DNA of 64,000 nucleotides from assembly GCA_016712675.1 (NCBI GenBank), contig JADJQR010000001.1, positions 4,077,999 through 4,141,998 on the forward strand, written 5' to 3'. A model generated the notes under the pieces. It ran no database searches and was not told the DNA's origin. It was given only the letters and a program-made list of their open reading frames with translations. This document shows positions 1 to 8,689 of this stretch, one piece after another. Origin of the DNA: a bacterium (lineage in GTDB: Bacteria > Krumholzibacteriota > Krumholzibacteriia > LZORAL124-64-63). Each line of letters opens with the position of its first letter. Position 1 is the first letter of the stretch. Both the position numbers and the translations under genes were made by a program.

Positions 1-438
1 GAACTGCTGGAGTCGAAGTACGGCGTGGCGGCCGACGTCTGGAGCGTCACCTCGTACAAGGAGCTGTACCGCGACGCCGTCGAGTGCGAGCGCTGGAACC
101 TGCTGAACCCCTCGCGCAAGGAGAAGCAGCCGTACCTGGCGCAGCTCCTGGCCAAGGAGCAGGGCGTGTTCGTGGCGGCCAGCGACTACATGAAGGTGCT
201 GCCGGCCACGGTGGCCAAGTGGTTCCCCGGCCCGGTGCACATCCTGGGCACCGACGGCTTCGGCCGCAGCGACAGCCGCAAAGAGCTGCGCGACTTCTTC
301 GAGGTCGACGCGCGCTACATCGCGCTGGCGGCGCTGCACGAGCTGGCCGGCAAGGGCATCCTGGAGACGGCCGCCGTGAAGGCGGCCATGAAGGACCTGG
401 GCATCGACCACGGCAAGAAGAACCCGCACGTCGACTGA
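1..438 (+). CDS. aceE: Pyruvate dehydrogenase E1 component, C-terminal fragment (5' end outside window)
   Basis: The frame is open from base 1. The translation ...GTDGFGRSDSRKELRDFFEVDARYIALAALHELAGKG... matches the conserved AceE C-terminus. It is followed by E2 and E3 genes in the canonical order. Confidence 0.85.
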   Translation, partial: ELLESKYGVAADVWSVTSYKELYRDAVECERWNLLNPSRKEKQPYLAQLLAKEQGVFVAASDYMKVLPATVAKWFPGPVHILGTDGFGRSDSRKELRDFFEVDARYIALAALHELAGKGILETAAVKAAMKDLGIDHGKKNPHVD

Positions 439-466
439 CCCGGTCGGCGGGCAGGCAAGGAAGAAG

Positions 467-1819
467 ATGGCACAGGACATCCGCGTTCCCGAGGTCTCCG
501 ACGGCGTCAAGCAGGGCACCGTGATCAGCCTGGTCGTGAAGGCCGGCGACCGCGTCACGGCCGACCAGACGCTGCTGGAGATGGAGACCGACAAGGCCGT
601 CGTGGCGATCCCCGCGCCGGAGGCGGGCGTGATCACCGAGGTCCTCGTCAGCGAGGGCTCGGTGGTGAAGATCGGCGACGTGATCATGAAGCTGGAGACA
701 GGCGCGGCGGTGGCGAAGCCGGCGGCGGCGCCTGCTGCTGCTCCTGCGCCGGCCCCGGCGGCACCCGTTGCCGCACCAGCCCCCGCGCGCCCGGCCGTGG
801 CCGCGGCGCAGCCCCTGCCCCCGGCGGTCGAGGCCGCCCCGCCCCCGCGCTTCGCCGACGTGCCGGTGGACCTGACCACGGTGCGCACCGGCGACGCCGT
901 GGCCCCCGCGGCGCCCTCGATCCGGCGCCTGGCGCGCGAGCTGGGCGTGGACATCTACCAGGTGCAGGGCACCGGCCCGGCCGGCCGCATCAGCGAGGAC
1001 GACGTGCGCGCCTTCGTGCGCGCCACCATGCAGCGCCTGACCGGCGGCGGCCGTGCCGGCGGCGGCGGCGAGTTCCCCGGGCTGCACGCGCAGCGCCCGC
1101 TGCCCGACTTCACCAAGTGGGGCCCCATCCACACCGAGCCGCTGTCTCGGGTGAGGGAGATCACCGCCGACGCCATGGGCTACGCGTGGTCGACCATCCC
1201 CATGGTTACGCAGTACGACCGCGCGGACATCACGCGCCTGGAGCAGTACCGCCGGAAGTACAACGAATCGGCGCCGGCCGGCGGCAAGCTGACGATGACC
1301 ACGTTGCTGCTGAAAGTCTGCGCCGCGGCGCTGAAGGCGTTCCCGCGCTTCAACAGCAGCCTGGACCTGGCGCACAAGGAACTGGTGCTGAAGGACTACG
1401 TGCACATCGGCGTGGCGGTCGACACCCCGAACGGCCTGCTGGTGCCGGTGATCCGCGATGCCGACCGCAAGGGCCTCGAGAAGCTGGCACAGGAGCTGAA
1501 CGACGCCGCGCAGCGCACGCGCGACCGCAAGATCTCCCCCGCCGAGATGGAAGGCGGCACCTTCACCATCTCCAACCTGGGCGGCATCGGCGGCACGGCG
1601 TTCACGCCCATCGTCTACGCGCCGCAGGTGGCCATCCTGGGCGTCTCGCGCTCGGAGATGGCGCCGGTCTGGAACGGCGGCCAGTTCGCGCCCAAGCTGA
1701 TGATGCCGCTGTCGCTGACCTATGATCACCGGGTGATCGACGGCGCCGACGGCGCCCGCTTCCTGCGCTGGATCTGCGAAGCGGTGGAAGAGCCCCTGAA
1801 CCTCGTGCTGAAGGGATGA
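467..1819 (+). CDS. aceF: Dihydrolipoamide acetyltransferase (PDH E2)
   Basis: N-terminal lipoyl domain (EMETDKAVVAIPAPEAGVI), an Ala/Pro-rich linker, an E3-binding domain and a 2-oxoacid dehydrogenase catalytic domain ending in DHRVIDGADGARFL. Confidence 0.9.
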   Translation: MAQDIRVPEVSDGVKQGTVISLVVKAGDRVTADQTLLEMETDKAVVAIPAPEAGVITEVLVSEGSVVKIGDVIMKLETGAAVAKPAAAPAAAPAPAPAAPVAAPAPARPAVAAAQPLPPAVEAAPPPRFADVPVDLTTVRTGDAVAPAAPSIRRLARELGVDIYQVQGTGPAGRISEDDVRAFVRATMQRLTGGGRAGGGGEFPGLHAQRPLPDFTKWGPIHTEPLSRVREITADAMGYAWSTIPMVTQYDRADITRLEQYRRKYNESAPAGGKLTMTTLLLKVCAAALKAFPRFNSSLDLAHKELVLKDYVHIGVAVDTPNGLLVPVIRDADRKGLEKLAQELNDAAQRTRDRKISPAEMEGGTFTISNLGGIGGTAFTPIVYAPQVAILGVSRSEMAPVWNGGQFAPKLMMPLSLTYDHRVIDGADGARFLRWICEAVEEPLNLVLKG

Positions 1820-1823
1820 TCCC

Positions 1824-3221
1824 GTGAGCGACGTCATTCCCGCCACCGCCCAGCTGGTCGTCGTCGGCGCCGGCCCGGGCGGCTACCACGCCGCGTTCAA
1901 GGCCGCCGAGCTGGGGCTTTCAGTCACTTTGATCGACCCCGCCGTCAACCCCGGCGGCGTCTGCCTGTACCGCGGCTGCATCCCCTCGAAGGCGCTGCTG
2001 CACGTGGCGAAGCTCGTGGACGAGGCGCACGAGAGCGCAGCGATCGGCGTGACGTTCGCCAGGCCGGAAATCGACATCGACCGCGTGCGCGCCTGGAAGG
2101 ACGAGGTCATCGGGAAGCTGACCGGCGGGCTGGGCCAGAAGGTGACGCAGAAGAAGCTGACCTACGTGCGGGGCACGGCTCGCTTGAAGGATGCGCACAC
2201 GCTGGTCGTCACCGCGCAGGACGGCACCGTCGGCGAGCTGACGTTCGAGCAGGCGATCCTCGCGACCGGCTCGCAGCCGGTCATGCTGCCGGGCGTGACC
2301 AAGAGCGACCGCATCGTCAACTCGACCGGCGCGCTGGAACTGAAGGACGTGCCGGCGACGATGCTGGTCGTCGGCGGCGGCTACATCGGACTGGAGCTGG
2401 GCTCGGTGTACGCGTCGCTGGGCAGCAAGGTGAGCGTGGTCGAGATGACCAACGGCCTGCTGCCGGGCGCCGACCGCGACCTGGTCTCGGTGCTGAAGCG
2501 CAGGCTCGATACGAAGTTCGCGGGGTTCAAGCTGGAGACCAAGGTGGCCGGCCTGAAGGAGAAGAAGGACGGCGTCGAGGTCACGTTCGAGTCCGCCAAG
2601 GGCGAGCAGTCGGTCGAGACCTTCGACAAGGTCCTGATCTCGATCGGCCGGCGTCCCAACACTGCGGATCTAGGCCTGGAGAACACGGCGATCAAGCTGG
2701 ATGAGCGGAAGTTCGTCGTCGTCGACGGCCAGCGCCGCACGGCTGAGCCCAACATCTTCGCCATCGGCGACATCGCCGGCGAGCCCATGCTGGCCCACAA
2801 GGCCTACGCCGAGGCCGAGGTGGCCGCCGAGGCGGCCGCCGGCCGCAAGGCGACCTACGACCCGCGCGCGATTCCCGCCGTCGTGTTCACCGACCCGGAG
2901 ATCGCCTGGTGCGGCCTGACCGAGACCGAGGCGCGCGCGAAGGGCATCAAGGTCAAGACGGCGAAGCTGCCGTGGCGGGGGAACGGGCGCACTTTGACGC
3001 TCGGGCGTGAGGATGGGATCACGAAGCTGATCGTCGACCCGGACACCGATCGCGTGCTGGGGATGGCGGTGGCGGGGCCGGGGGCGGGCGAGTTGATCGC
3101 CGAAGGCGTGTTGGCGATGGAGATGGCGGCGGTGAGCGAAGACATGCGGCGGACCATTCATCCGCATCCGACGTTGTCGGAGACGGTGTATGACGCGGCG
3201 CAGTCGCTATTCAAGGCTTAG
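1824..3221 (+). CDS. lpd: Dihydrolipoyl dehydrogenase (E3)
   Basis: GTG start. FAD-binding GxGxxG motif (VVVGAGPGGY), redox disulfide motif GGVCLYRGCIPSKALL, and a C-terminal dimerisation region ending HPHPTLSETV. Confidence 0.9.
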   Translation: MSDVIPATAQLVVVGAGPGGYHAAFKAAELGLSVTLIDPAVNPGGVCLYRGCIPSKALLHVAKLVDEAHESAAIGVTFARPEIDIDRVRAWKDEVIGKLTGGLGQKVTQKKLTYVRGTARLKDAHTLVVTAQDGTVGELTFEQAILATGSQPVMLPGVTKSDRIVNSTGALELKDVPATMLVVGGGYIGLELGSVYASLGSKVSVVEMTNGLLPGADRDLVSVLKRRLDTKFAGFKLETKVAGLKEKKDGVEVTFESAKGEQSVETFDKVLISIGRRPNTADLGLENTAIKLDERKFVVVDGQRRTAEPNIFAIGDIAGEPMLAHKAYAEAEVAAEAAAGRKATYDPRAIPAVVFTDPEIAWCGLTETEARAKGIKVKTAKLPWRGNGRTLTLGREDGITKLIVDPDTDRVLGMAVAGPGAGELIAEGVLAMEMAAVSEDMRRTIHPHPTLSETVYDAAQSLFKA

Positions 3222-3244
3222 CGCACACGACGCGCGAATTGCAG

Positions 3245-3293
3245 TTGCGCCGGCGCAAGTCTCACGATTGTGGGATGAGTTGCGCCGGCGCAA
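3245..3293. repeat. Tandem pair of the perfect 14-bp palindrome TTGCGCCGGCGCAA (3245-3258 and 3280-3293), immediately 3' of lpd
   Basis: Read directly in the sequence. The same 14-mer recurs at 24273, 28997, 46035, 50954 and 52710, with a one-mismatch variant at 45799. Confidence 0.8.
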
Positions 3294-3428
3294 TTTCGTG
3301 GGTACGGGCCCGCCAAGTGCGGACATCCACAAACGGCTCGAATCGCTGGGAATGCCATCCAGCAGGCCGGACCTGCAGACTGGATCTGTCTTCAATGCGA
3401 GGCGGCACGTGCGGCGCGATCGGCGGAC

Positions 3429-4673
3429 TCAACCAGTCCCGATCATGCGCAGGGGGATCGCATAGATCCGGTCCCCCAGGGGAACCAGCGTCTCGCCATC
3501 GTACAGCAAAGCTCCGCAACGGAACCCGTCGCCTACGGCGTCCCTCAGGCGCTCGAGTCCGCGGCGGTCCGAATCCCTCAGGGTTGCTGAAGCCTTGACC
3601 TTGATGCCGACGACACGGTTCGGGCCACGTTCCAGGACGAGATCGACTTCCTGCTGGTCCTTGTCACGGTAGTGGGAGAAGCGGACGTTGTGCTCCCAAC
3701 CGCTGGCCTGGCGGCGGAGTTCCTGGACGACGAATGTCTCGAGCAACTGCCCGAGCAGGGTGCGGTCATCGCGAAGGTCCGCAGCCTCGACGCCAAGCAG
3801 CGCACACGCCAGGCCCGTGTCGGTCAGGTGGAGCTTCGGGGTCTTGACCAGGCGCTTCAGCCGATTGGCGTGCCAGGCCGGAAGCTCTTCCACGAGGAAG
3901 ACGTGGCGCAGCAAGGTCAGATAGTCGCCCACGGTCGTGCGATTGACACCGAACGGCCCGGCAATCCCGCTCACGTTGACCAGTCGGGCCGTCTGCCCGG
4001 CTGCGAGTTCCAGCAGACGCGGCAGGATGTCAAGCCGGTGGATGCGGGAGAGATCGCGGACATCGCGCTGGATGATCGCGTCCAGGTAATCGCGAACCCA
4101 GGCCCGCCGGCCTCGCTCGGTGTCGCGCCGCACGACTTCGGGGAATCCCCCCCGCACGATGAGGTTCGCCAGTTCCGGGCCCAGGCGTTCGCTGTGGGCG
4201 ATCTTGAACTCGCCGGCGAAGATCCGCTCCAGGAACTGCGGCTGATGCCGCCCGATCTCCACTTCGCTCAGGGGATGGAGGCGGACGGTCTCCATGCGAC
4301 CGGCAAGAGAATCGGCGACCCGGGGGACGAAGAGCGCGTTCGCCGAACCCGTGAGCAGGAACCGCCCTGGCCGACGATCACGATCGACCGCCTGCTTGAT
4401 GGCGAGGAAGAGCTCGGGGACCCGCTGGACTTCATCGATGGTGACGGGGCCTTCGAGATCGAGCACGAACCCGGCGGGATCCGCCTGGACCGAGGCGAAC
4501 GTCAGTGCATCGTCCAGGGTGAGGTACTGGCGATCCCCGTCCTCGCCGAGGCTCCGGGCAAGCGTCGTCTTGCCGCACTGCCGCGGCCCATGCAGCAGCA
4601 CAACGGGGGAATCGGCGAGAGCCTCACGCAGGCGCGCCCGGACGAGGCGGGGGTATAGTTCGGTTGTCGCCAT
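3429..4673 (-). CDS. AAA+ ATPase, DUF4143/AAA_14 family (ATP-binding protein)
   Basis: Walker A motif GPRQCGKTT, a hhhhDE Walker B motif, and a C-terminal DUF4143-like region. It lies inside the segment bounded by the duplicated lpd 3' end. Confidence 0.8.
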   Translation of the reverse strand: MATTELYPRLVRARLREALADSPVVLLHGPRQCGKTTLARSLGEDGDRQYLTLDDALTFASVQADPAGFVLDLEGPVTIDEVQRVPELFLAIKQAVDRDRRPGRFLLTGSANALFVPRVADSLAGRMETVRLHPLSEVEIGRHQPQFLERIFAGEFKIAHSERLGPELANLIVRGGFPEVVRRDTERGRRAWVRDYLDAIIQRDVRDLSRIHRLDILPRLLELAAGQTARLVNVSGIAGPFGVNRTTVGDYLTLLRHVFLVEELPAWHANRLKRLVKTPKLHLTDTGLACALLGVEAADLRDDRTLLGQLLETFVVQELRRQASGWEHNVRFSHYRDKDQQEVDLVLERGPNRVVGIKVKASATLRDSDRRGLERLRDAVGDGFRCGALLYDGETLVPLGDRIYAIPLRMIGTG

Positions 4674-4696
4674 GCGGCGGATTGTCAGCTAACTCT

Positions 4697-4752
4697 CGTC
4701 CAATTGCAATAATTTATTCGTCCGAATGCCATATATAGTGCGTCCAATTGCA
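4697..4752. promoter_or_regulatory. Three direct repeats CGTCCAATTGCA / CGTCCGAATGCC / CGTCCAATTGCA at 22-bp phasing in an AT-rich region upstream of the DUF4143 ATPase gene
   Basis: Repeats seen at 4697, 4719 and 4741. They are 25-75 bp upstream of the minus-strand start at 4673. The CAATTG core is palindromic. Confidence 0.4.
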
Positions 4753-4785
4753 GGAATAGAGGCGCGGGACCAGAATCTGAGAAGG

Positions 4786-4854
4786 ACGATCCATCCGCAT
4801 CCGACGTTGTCGGAGACGGTGTACGACGCGGCGCAGGGGTTGTTCAAGCCGTAG
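4786..4854 (+). repeat. Direct repeat (about 85% identity) of the lpd 3' terminus (3153-3221), including an in-frame stop codon
   Basis: It encodes IHPHPTLSETVYDAAQGLFKP*, against lpd ...IHPHPTLSETVYDAAQSLFKA*. This resembles a displaced old 3' end (attR-like) left by integration into the 3' end of a protein-coding gene. Confidence 0.75.
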
Positions 4855-5101
4855 GGCACACGAGCCGTTTCACAGGCGTCAACGTCTGGACAGCCTCCAC
4901 CCCGGGACCGTGCAGGCGCACCAGGTACGACCCGGAAGCGACCCGAGCGGCCGCGCAGGTCGTACACACACGGTCCCGCTAGACCCTATGGAGTGACCGG
5001 CCCCCTTGTCGTAACGTCGCCACTGTCGTTCAGGTGGTAGACGATGGCGGCCGGGTGGCAAGCACCGCAGTCGCGGGTTAGCGCCGAGGCGCCAGAGCCG
5101 C

Positions 5102-6213
5102 ATGCGACGAAGGGAGCCGGCGATGAGCAGTATAACCTACGTCGGGCTGGATGTGCACAAGAGGACGATTGCCGTGGCGATGCTTCAGACCGGGACCGGG
5201 GAAGTGCTGCAGTGGGAGGTGGCGAACGAGCCGACCGCCTTGAAGCGATTGATCCGCAAGCCAAGCCGCACGCGCCGTTGCGATGTGTGTACGAGGCCGG
5301 CCCCACGGGCTACGGCCTGCAGCGGCAACTCCAGGGGAAGGGATCGATTGCATGATCGCCGCGCCGTCCCTGATCCCGGTGCGCCACGGGGACCGGGTCA
5401 AGACCGACCACCGGGACGCCCGTAAGCTGGCCCATCTGCATGCCGCGGGGCTGCTGACCGCGGTGCACCCCCGACCGAGGACGAGGAGTCGGTCCGGGAT
5501 CTGTGCCGGTGCCGGGAGGATGCGCAGCTGGACCTGGTGCGCTCACGGCAGCGCCTCGGCAAGTTCCTGCTGCGCCGGTCGCTGGTCTTCCATGACGGCA
5601 ACCAGTGGTCGCAGAGGCACCATACGTGGCTGCACGGATTGAAGTTCTCCCGGGCCGCCGACCAGGTCGTGTTCGAGGACTACATGCTGGCCCTCGAACA
5701 GCACGAGGCCCGGGTTGCGGCTCTGGACGAGCAACTGGCCGCCGTGGCCGCGCAGGACCCGTACCGCGAACCGGTGGCTCACCTTCGCTGCTTCCGCGGT
5801 ATCGACACGGTCACCGCCCTGTCCCTGGCCGCCGAGCGCACGACGTCCGCCGGTTCCCGACCGCGCCTGCACTGATGGCCTACCTCGGGCTCGTGCCGAG
5901 TGAGCACAGCAGCGGCGAACATCGACGACGAGGCGGGATCACCAAGACTGGCAACCGCCACGTCCGGCGCCTGCTGATCGAGACCGCCTGGCACTACCGG
6001 CACAAGCCCGCGGTGGGGGTGAGGCTGGCCAAGCGTCGGCGCGGGCAACCACCCCAGGTGATCGCCCGGGCTGATCGGGCGCAGCAACGGCTGTGTACGC
6101 AGTACCGGCGGCTGGTCGGCAAGAGCAAGCACCACAACACCATCGTCGTGGCCATCGCGCGGATGCTGATCGGGTACGTGTGGGAGACGCTGCGTGAGGC
6201 GCAGCCAAGTTAG
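5102..6213 (+). pseudogene. IS110-family transposase, disrupted by at least 3 frameshifts
   Basis: An N-terminal MSSITYVGLDVHKRTIAVAML (DEDD domain) and a C-terminal ...MAYLGLVPSEHSSGEHRRRGGITKTGNRHVRRLLIETAWH (IS116/IS110/IS902 domain) are spread over four overlapping ORFs in different frames (5102, 5283, 5537, 5605). Confidence 0.8.
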
Positions 6214-6474
6214 GCCTGAACCAGAACCCCGGGATCGGCGGTCGGAGACGGCGGATGAGAACAGGCACGATCCGGAGAACCCGCGTTATCGGTAAGCGAC
6301 TGGGCCGAACAGTCCAGACTCGCGATGCTAGACAGCGGTACCTCCCGACGGAGCACGGTCATGCGGCACGGCACCGGTGCGCCGGCGCAACCCGCGAATA
6401 TCAGAGTGACACGTCGTCGAAGCGTCCTGCCTCGTCCGCCCTCCCCGACCGTCGTGGCCTTGAACCGATAAGGG

Positions 6475-6506
6475 AAGGGCCGCCTCCCTGACGGAAGACG
6501 GCCCTT
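6475..6506 (-). terminator. Possible hairpin (8-bp stem AAGGGCCG/CGGCCCTT, 16-nt loop) 19 bp downstream of the beta-helix gene; no U-tract
   Basis: Inverted repeat seen in the sequence. Its function is uncertain. Confidence 0.25.
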
Positions 6507-6524
6507 GACTTGGGTCACTCCATA

Positions 6525-7739
6525 TCAGCGGAACATCACCTTCACCTCTCCCCAAGATGTCACGTCGGTCGGCACCGGCCCACCCGCGAAGGGCTCGAAC
6601 ACCACCTTGCAGGCGACGGGCGGGTAGCACCGGTTGTCGCAGATCGACGCACGGATGGACTCCGCATCCGATGTGCCCCAGAAATTGTCCGTCAGATCGA
6701 TCGCCGTGACCGGTTCGTCATAGTACTCGCTGTAGAACGCCCATCCGGAAGCGGGGAGGAAGTCGCTGCCGTGGATGGACGCGCGCCCGCCGAGATTCAC
6801 GACCAGTGCGGAAGCGGTGGTGCCGGAAATGACAAGAGATCTTGCCGTCACGATCCCGCCATCGATCTCCAACCCCCGGGTACCGCCCGTCAGGGCGGTG
6901 TTCGCGAAGTCGACCGTGGCACCGGACATGACCCACGCCGAAGCGAACGATGAGTTCACAACCGCGCAGTTCTCGACTCGGCCCTTGCTTTCCGCCTGGA
7001 ACACGATGCCACTCTGCGCATCCTCGATGGTCGTGTTGCGGATGACGACATCCTCGGCCCACGGCATGACCTCGACCCCCGTCGCGCCTCCGCGTATGGT
7101 GCAGTTGTCGATCAGGCAGCTGTCAGGGTGTCTCTTGGTGTGATAGACCACGATGGATCCGGTGCTGTTGGGCTGCTCGAAAGTGCAGTCCCGGACGATC
7201 GCCTCGACCTTGTCGACAACGATGCTGGCGCCGCGATCGCCGCCGATAAACACACATGACCGAATCAAGAGATGGCCGTTCGCCCAGTTGATTCCGAGGT
7301 CGGTGTTCTCAATCGTCATGTTCTCGATGGCCACATCGTGACCGCCGTCCGAGTAGAACACCTGGGACATCGCGTCCGTCTTGCCCGCTGGCCCCAGGAA
7401 TGTCCTGTCACATCCGGATCCCGTGATTCTGAGTCCGGACTTCTTGACGCCGACGATCGTGCTCACCGACCACGGTGGGAACTCTATGGTACGAAATGTC
7501 GCAAAGCGGCCTGGCCCGATGCTGATCGTGTCGCCGGGCGCCGCGGCCTCGACGGCGGGCTGGATATCTGAATAGTCGCCGGATCCGTCCACCTCCACGT
7601 GCCAGATGCGGGCACCCGCGCTGGTGGCGGCAAGCAGCACGAACAAGCCCATCGCCAGCCGTGCAATGGCAAAGGTCGACACCTCAGGAACCTCGCTTGG
7701 TCGAGCCATCTGGGCCCGTGTGCGTGGTCGCGCCATCAC
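6525..7739 (-). CDS. Secreted right-handed parallel beta-helix repeat protein (pectate-lyase-like fold)
   Basis: Signal-peptide-like N-terminus (true start possibly at the internal Met codons at 7709 or 7652). Repeated NxTIxN / IRxCxF beta-helix rungs (ENMTIENT, IRSCVFIG, VRDCTFEQ, IDNCTIRG, IRNTTIED). Confidence 0.7.
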   Translation of the reverse strand: MMARPRTRAQMARPSEVPEVSTFAIARLAMGLFVLLAATSAGARIWHVEVDGSGDYSDIQPAVEAAAPGDTISIGPGRFATFRTIEFPPWSVSTIVGVKKSGLRITGSGCDRTFLGPAGKTDAMSQVFYSDGGHDVAIENMTIENTDLGINWANGHLLIRSCVFIGGDRGASIVVDKVEAIVRDCTFEQPNSTGSIVVYHTKRHPDSCLIDNCTIRGGATGVEVMPWAEDVVIRNTTIEDAQSGIVFQAESKGRVENCAVVNSSFASAWVMSGATVDFANTALTGGTRGLEIDGGIVTARSLVISGTTASALVVNLGGRASIHGSDFLPASGWAFYSEYYDEPVTAIDLTDNFWGTSDAESIRASICDNRCYPPVACKVVFEPFAGGPVPTDVTSWGEVKVMFR

Positions 7740-7799
7740 ATGAGATGGACCAGATCACCATACGGCAAGGAACCGGATAGTCCAAGATCAGGGAACTGT

Positions 7800-7990
7800 A
7801 CGTTGAATGCACCCCGATCCACCACCGGCATGCCGTTCCGACCCCGTGCGGCACCAATTCCACGCATTCACGCACACACGCCCCCATCCGCCGCACAGCC
7901 GAACCGGTGCACGAACGCAACGGCACCGAAGCGGGCGCCGCGGCCGGCAAGAAAGCCGCCGCCGCGGCATCCGCCGCGACGGCGTTCAGG
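7800..7990. mobile_element. Short degenerate remnant related to the IS91-family element (end-like and internal tnp-like segments)
   Basis: Nucleotide similarity to 22560-22620 and 23660-23710 of the complete IS91-family copy. Confidence 0.35.
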
Positions 7991-8021
7991 ACAAGGAGCT
8001 GCGCCGCGAGTCGTCCCGGCC

Positions 8022-8669
8022 TCAGGGACACTTCCTGCCGAGGGCGCGGTTCATCTCGACGATGTCGCTGAGATTCACACTGCCGTCCCGGATCAGATCG
8101 GAGCGAAAGGCATAGTGACCGACGAAATCAGCAGCGAAGCGGGCAACGTCCGACAAATCGACACGCAGGTTCCCGTCGATGTCCGGACTGTTGAACTTCA
8201 GGGCCAGCACGCCCGCCTGCACCCCGTGGCCGTTCACGTACACATGACACGGTGCCTGGCTGTGGCCGCCGGCGAGCAACGGCCGGGTCCACTCGGTGTG
8301 TCCGAGGGCGTCGGTTGCGTGGTCGGCCGTGCTGCCGCCGGCGCACAGGACCAGTCCTTCATCCTCGGCACCCAACCAGAGGTCTGCGGCCGGGACACCT
8401 TGCAGAGGACCGCTATCGTCGTTCGCCTGCAGATGAATCGTTGCGTCGACGATCTGGCCGAACGGGTTCCTCGCGGCGGTCAGGGGGTTGCCGGTGCCGT
8501 CGGGTACGACCAGCAGCGTGGCCGAATTGCCGGCGGCCAACCCCCAGGTGACCTGGTAGTACGGGCCTCCGACGCTCGCCGTCGCGGTGCCAGCCAGTGG
8601 GCCGGCCAGTCCGGCGAGCAGAAACAGCGTGCAAACCATGGACCTCGTGGAGATCATGGGTCCGATCAC
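8022..8669 (-). CDS. Secreted protein with C-terminal dockerin-like tandem Ca-binding repeats
   Basis: Signal peptide MISTRSMVCTLFLLAGLAGPLAG. The C-terminus DIDGNLRVDLSDVARFAADF...SDLIRDGSVNLSDIVEMNRAL fits two dockerin type-I-like D-x-D-G-x-x-x-V-D/N-x-S-D segments. Confidence 0.6.
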   Translation of the reverse strand: MIGPMISTRSMVCTLFLLAGLAGPLAGTATASVGGPYYQVTWGLAAGNSATLLVVPDGTGNPLTAARNPFGQIVDATIHLQANDDSGPLQGVPAADLWLGAEDEGLVLCAGGSTADHATDALGHTEWTRPLLAGGHSQAPCHVYVNGHGVQAGVLALKFNSPDIDGNLRVDLSDVARFAADFVGHYAFRSDLIRDGSVNLSDIVEMNRALGRKCP

Positions 8670-8689
8670 TTTCCAGGGGATTCGTCCGC

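Noticed and set aside
47-1846. 599-aa ORF on the minus strand, antisense to aceF
   Set aside because: It is an Arg/Ala/Gly-rich low-complexity translation with no domain. It entirely overlaps the well-supported E2 gene. Such long antisense ORFs are typical of 70% GC DNA.
3245-3293. The tandem palindromes read as a rho-independent terminator of lpd
   Set aside because: Their geometry (14-bp perfect palindrome with no loop and no downstream U-tract) does not fit an intrinsic terminator. A protein-binding or REP-like role fits better.
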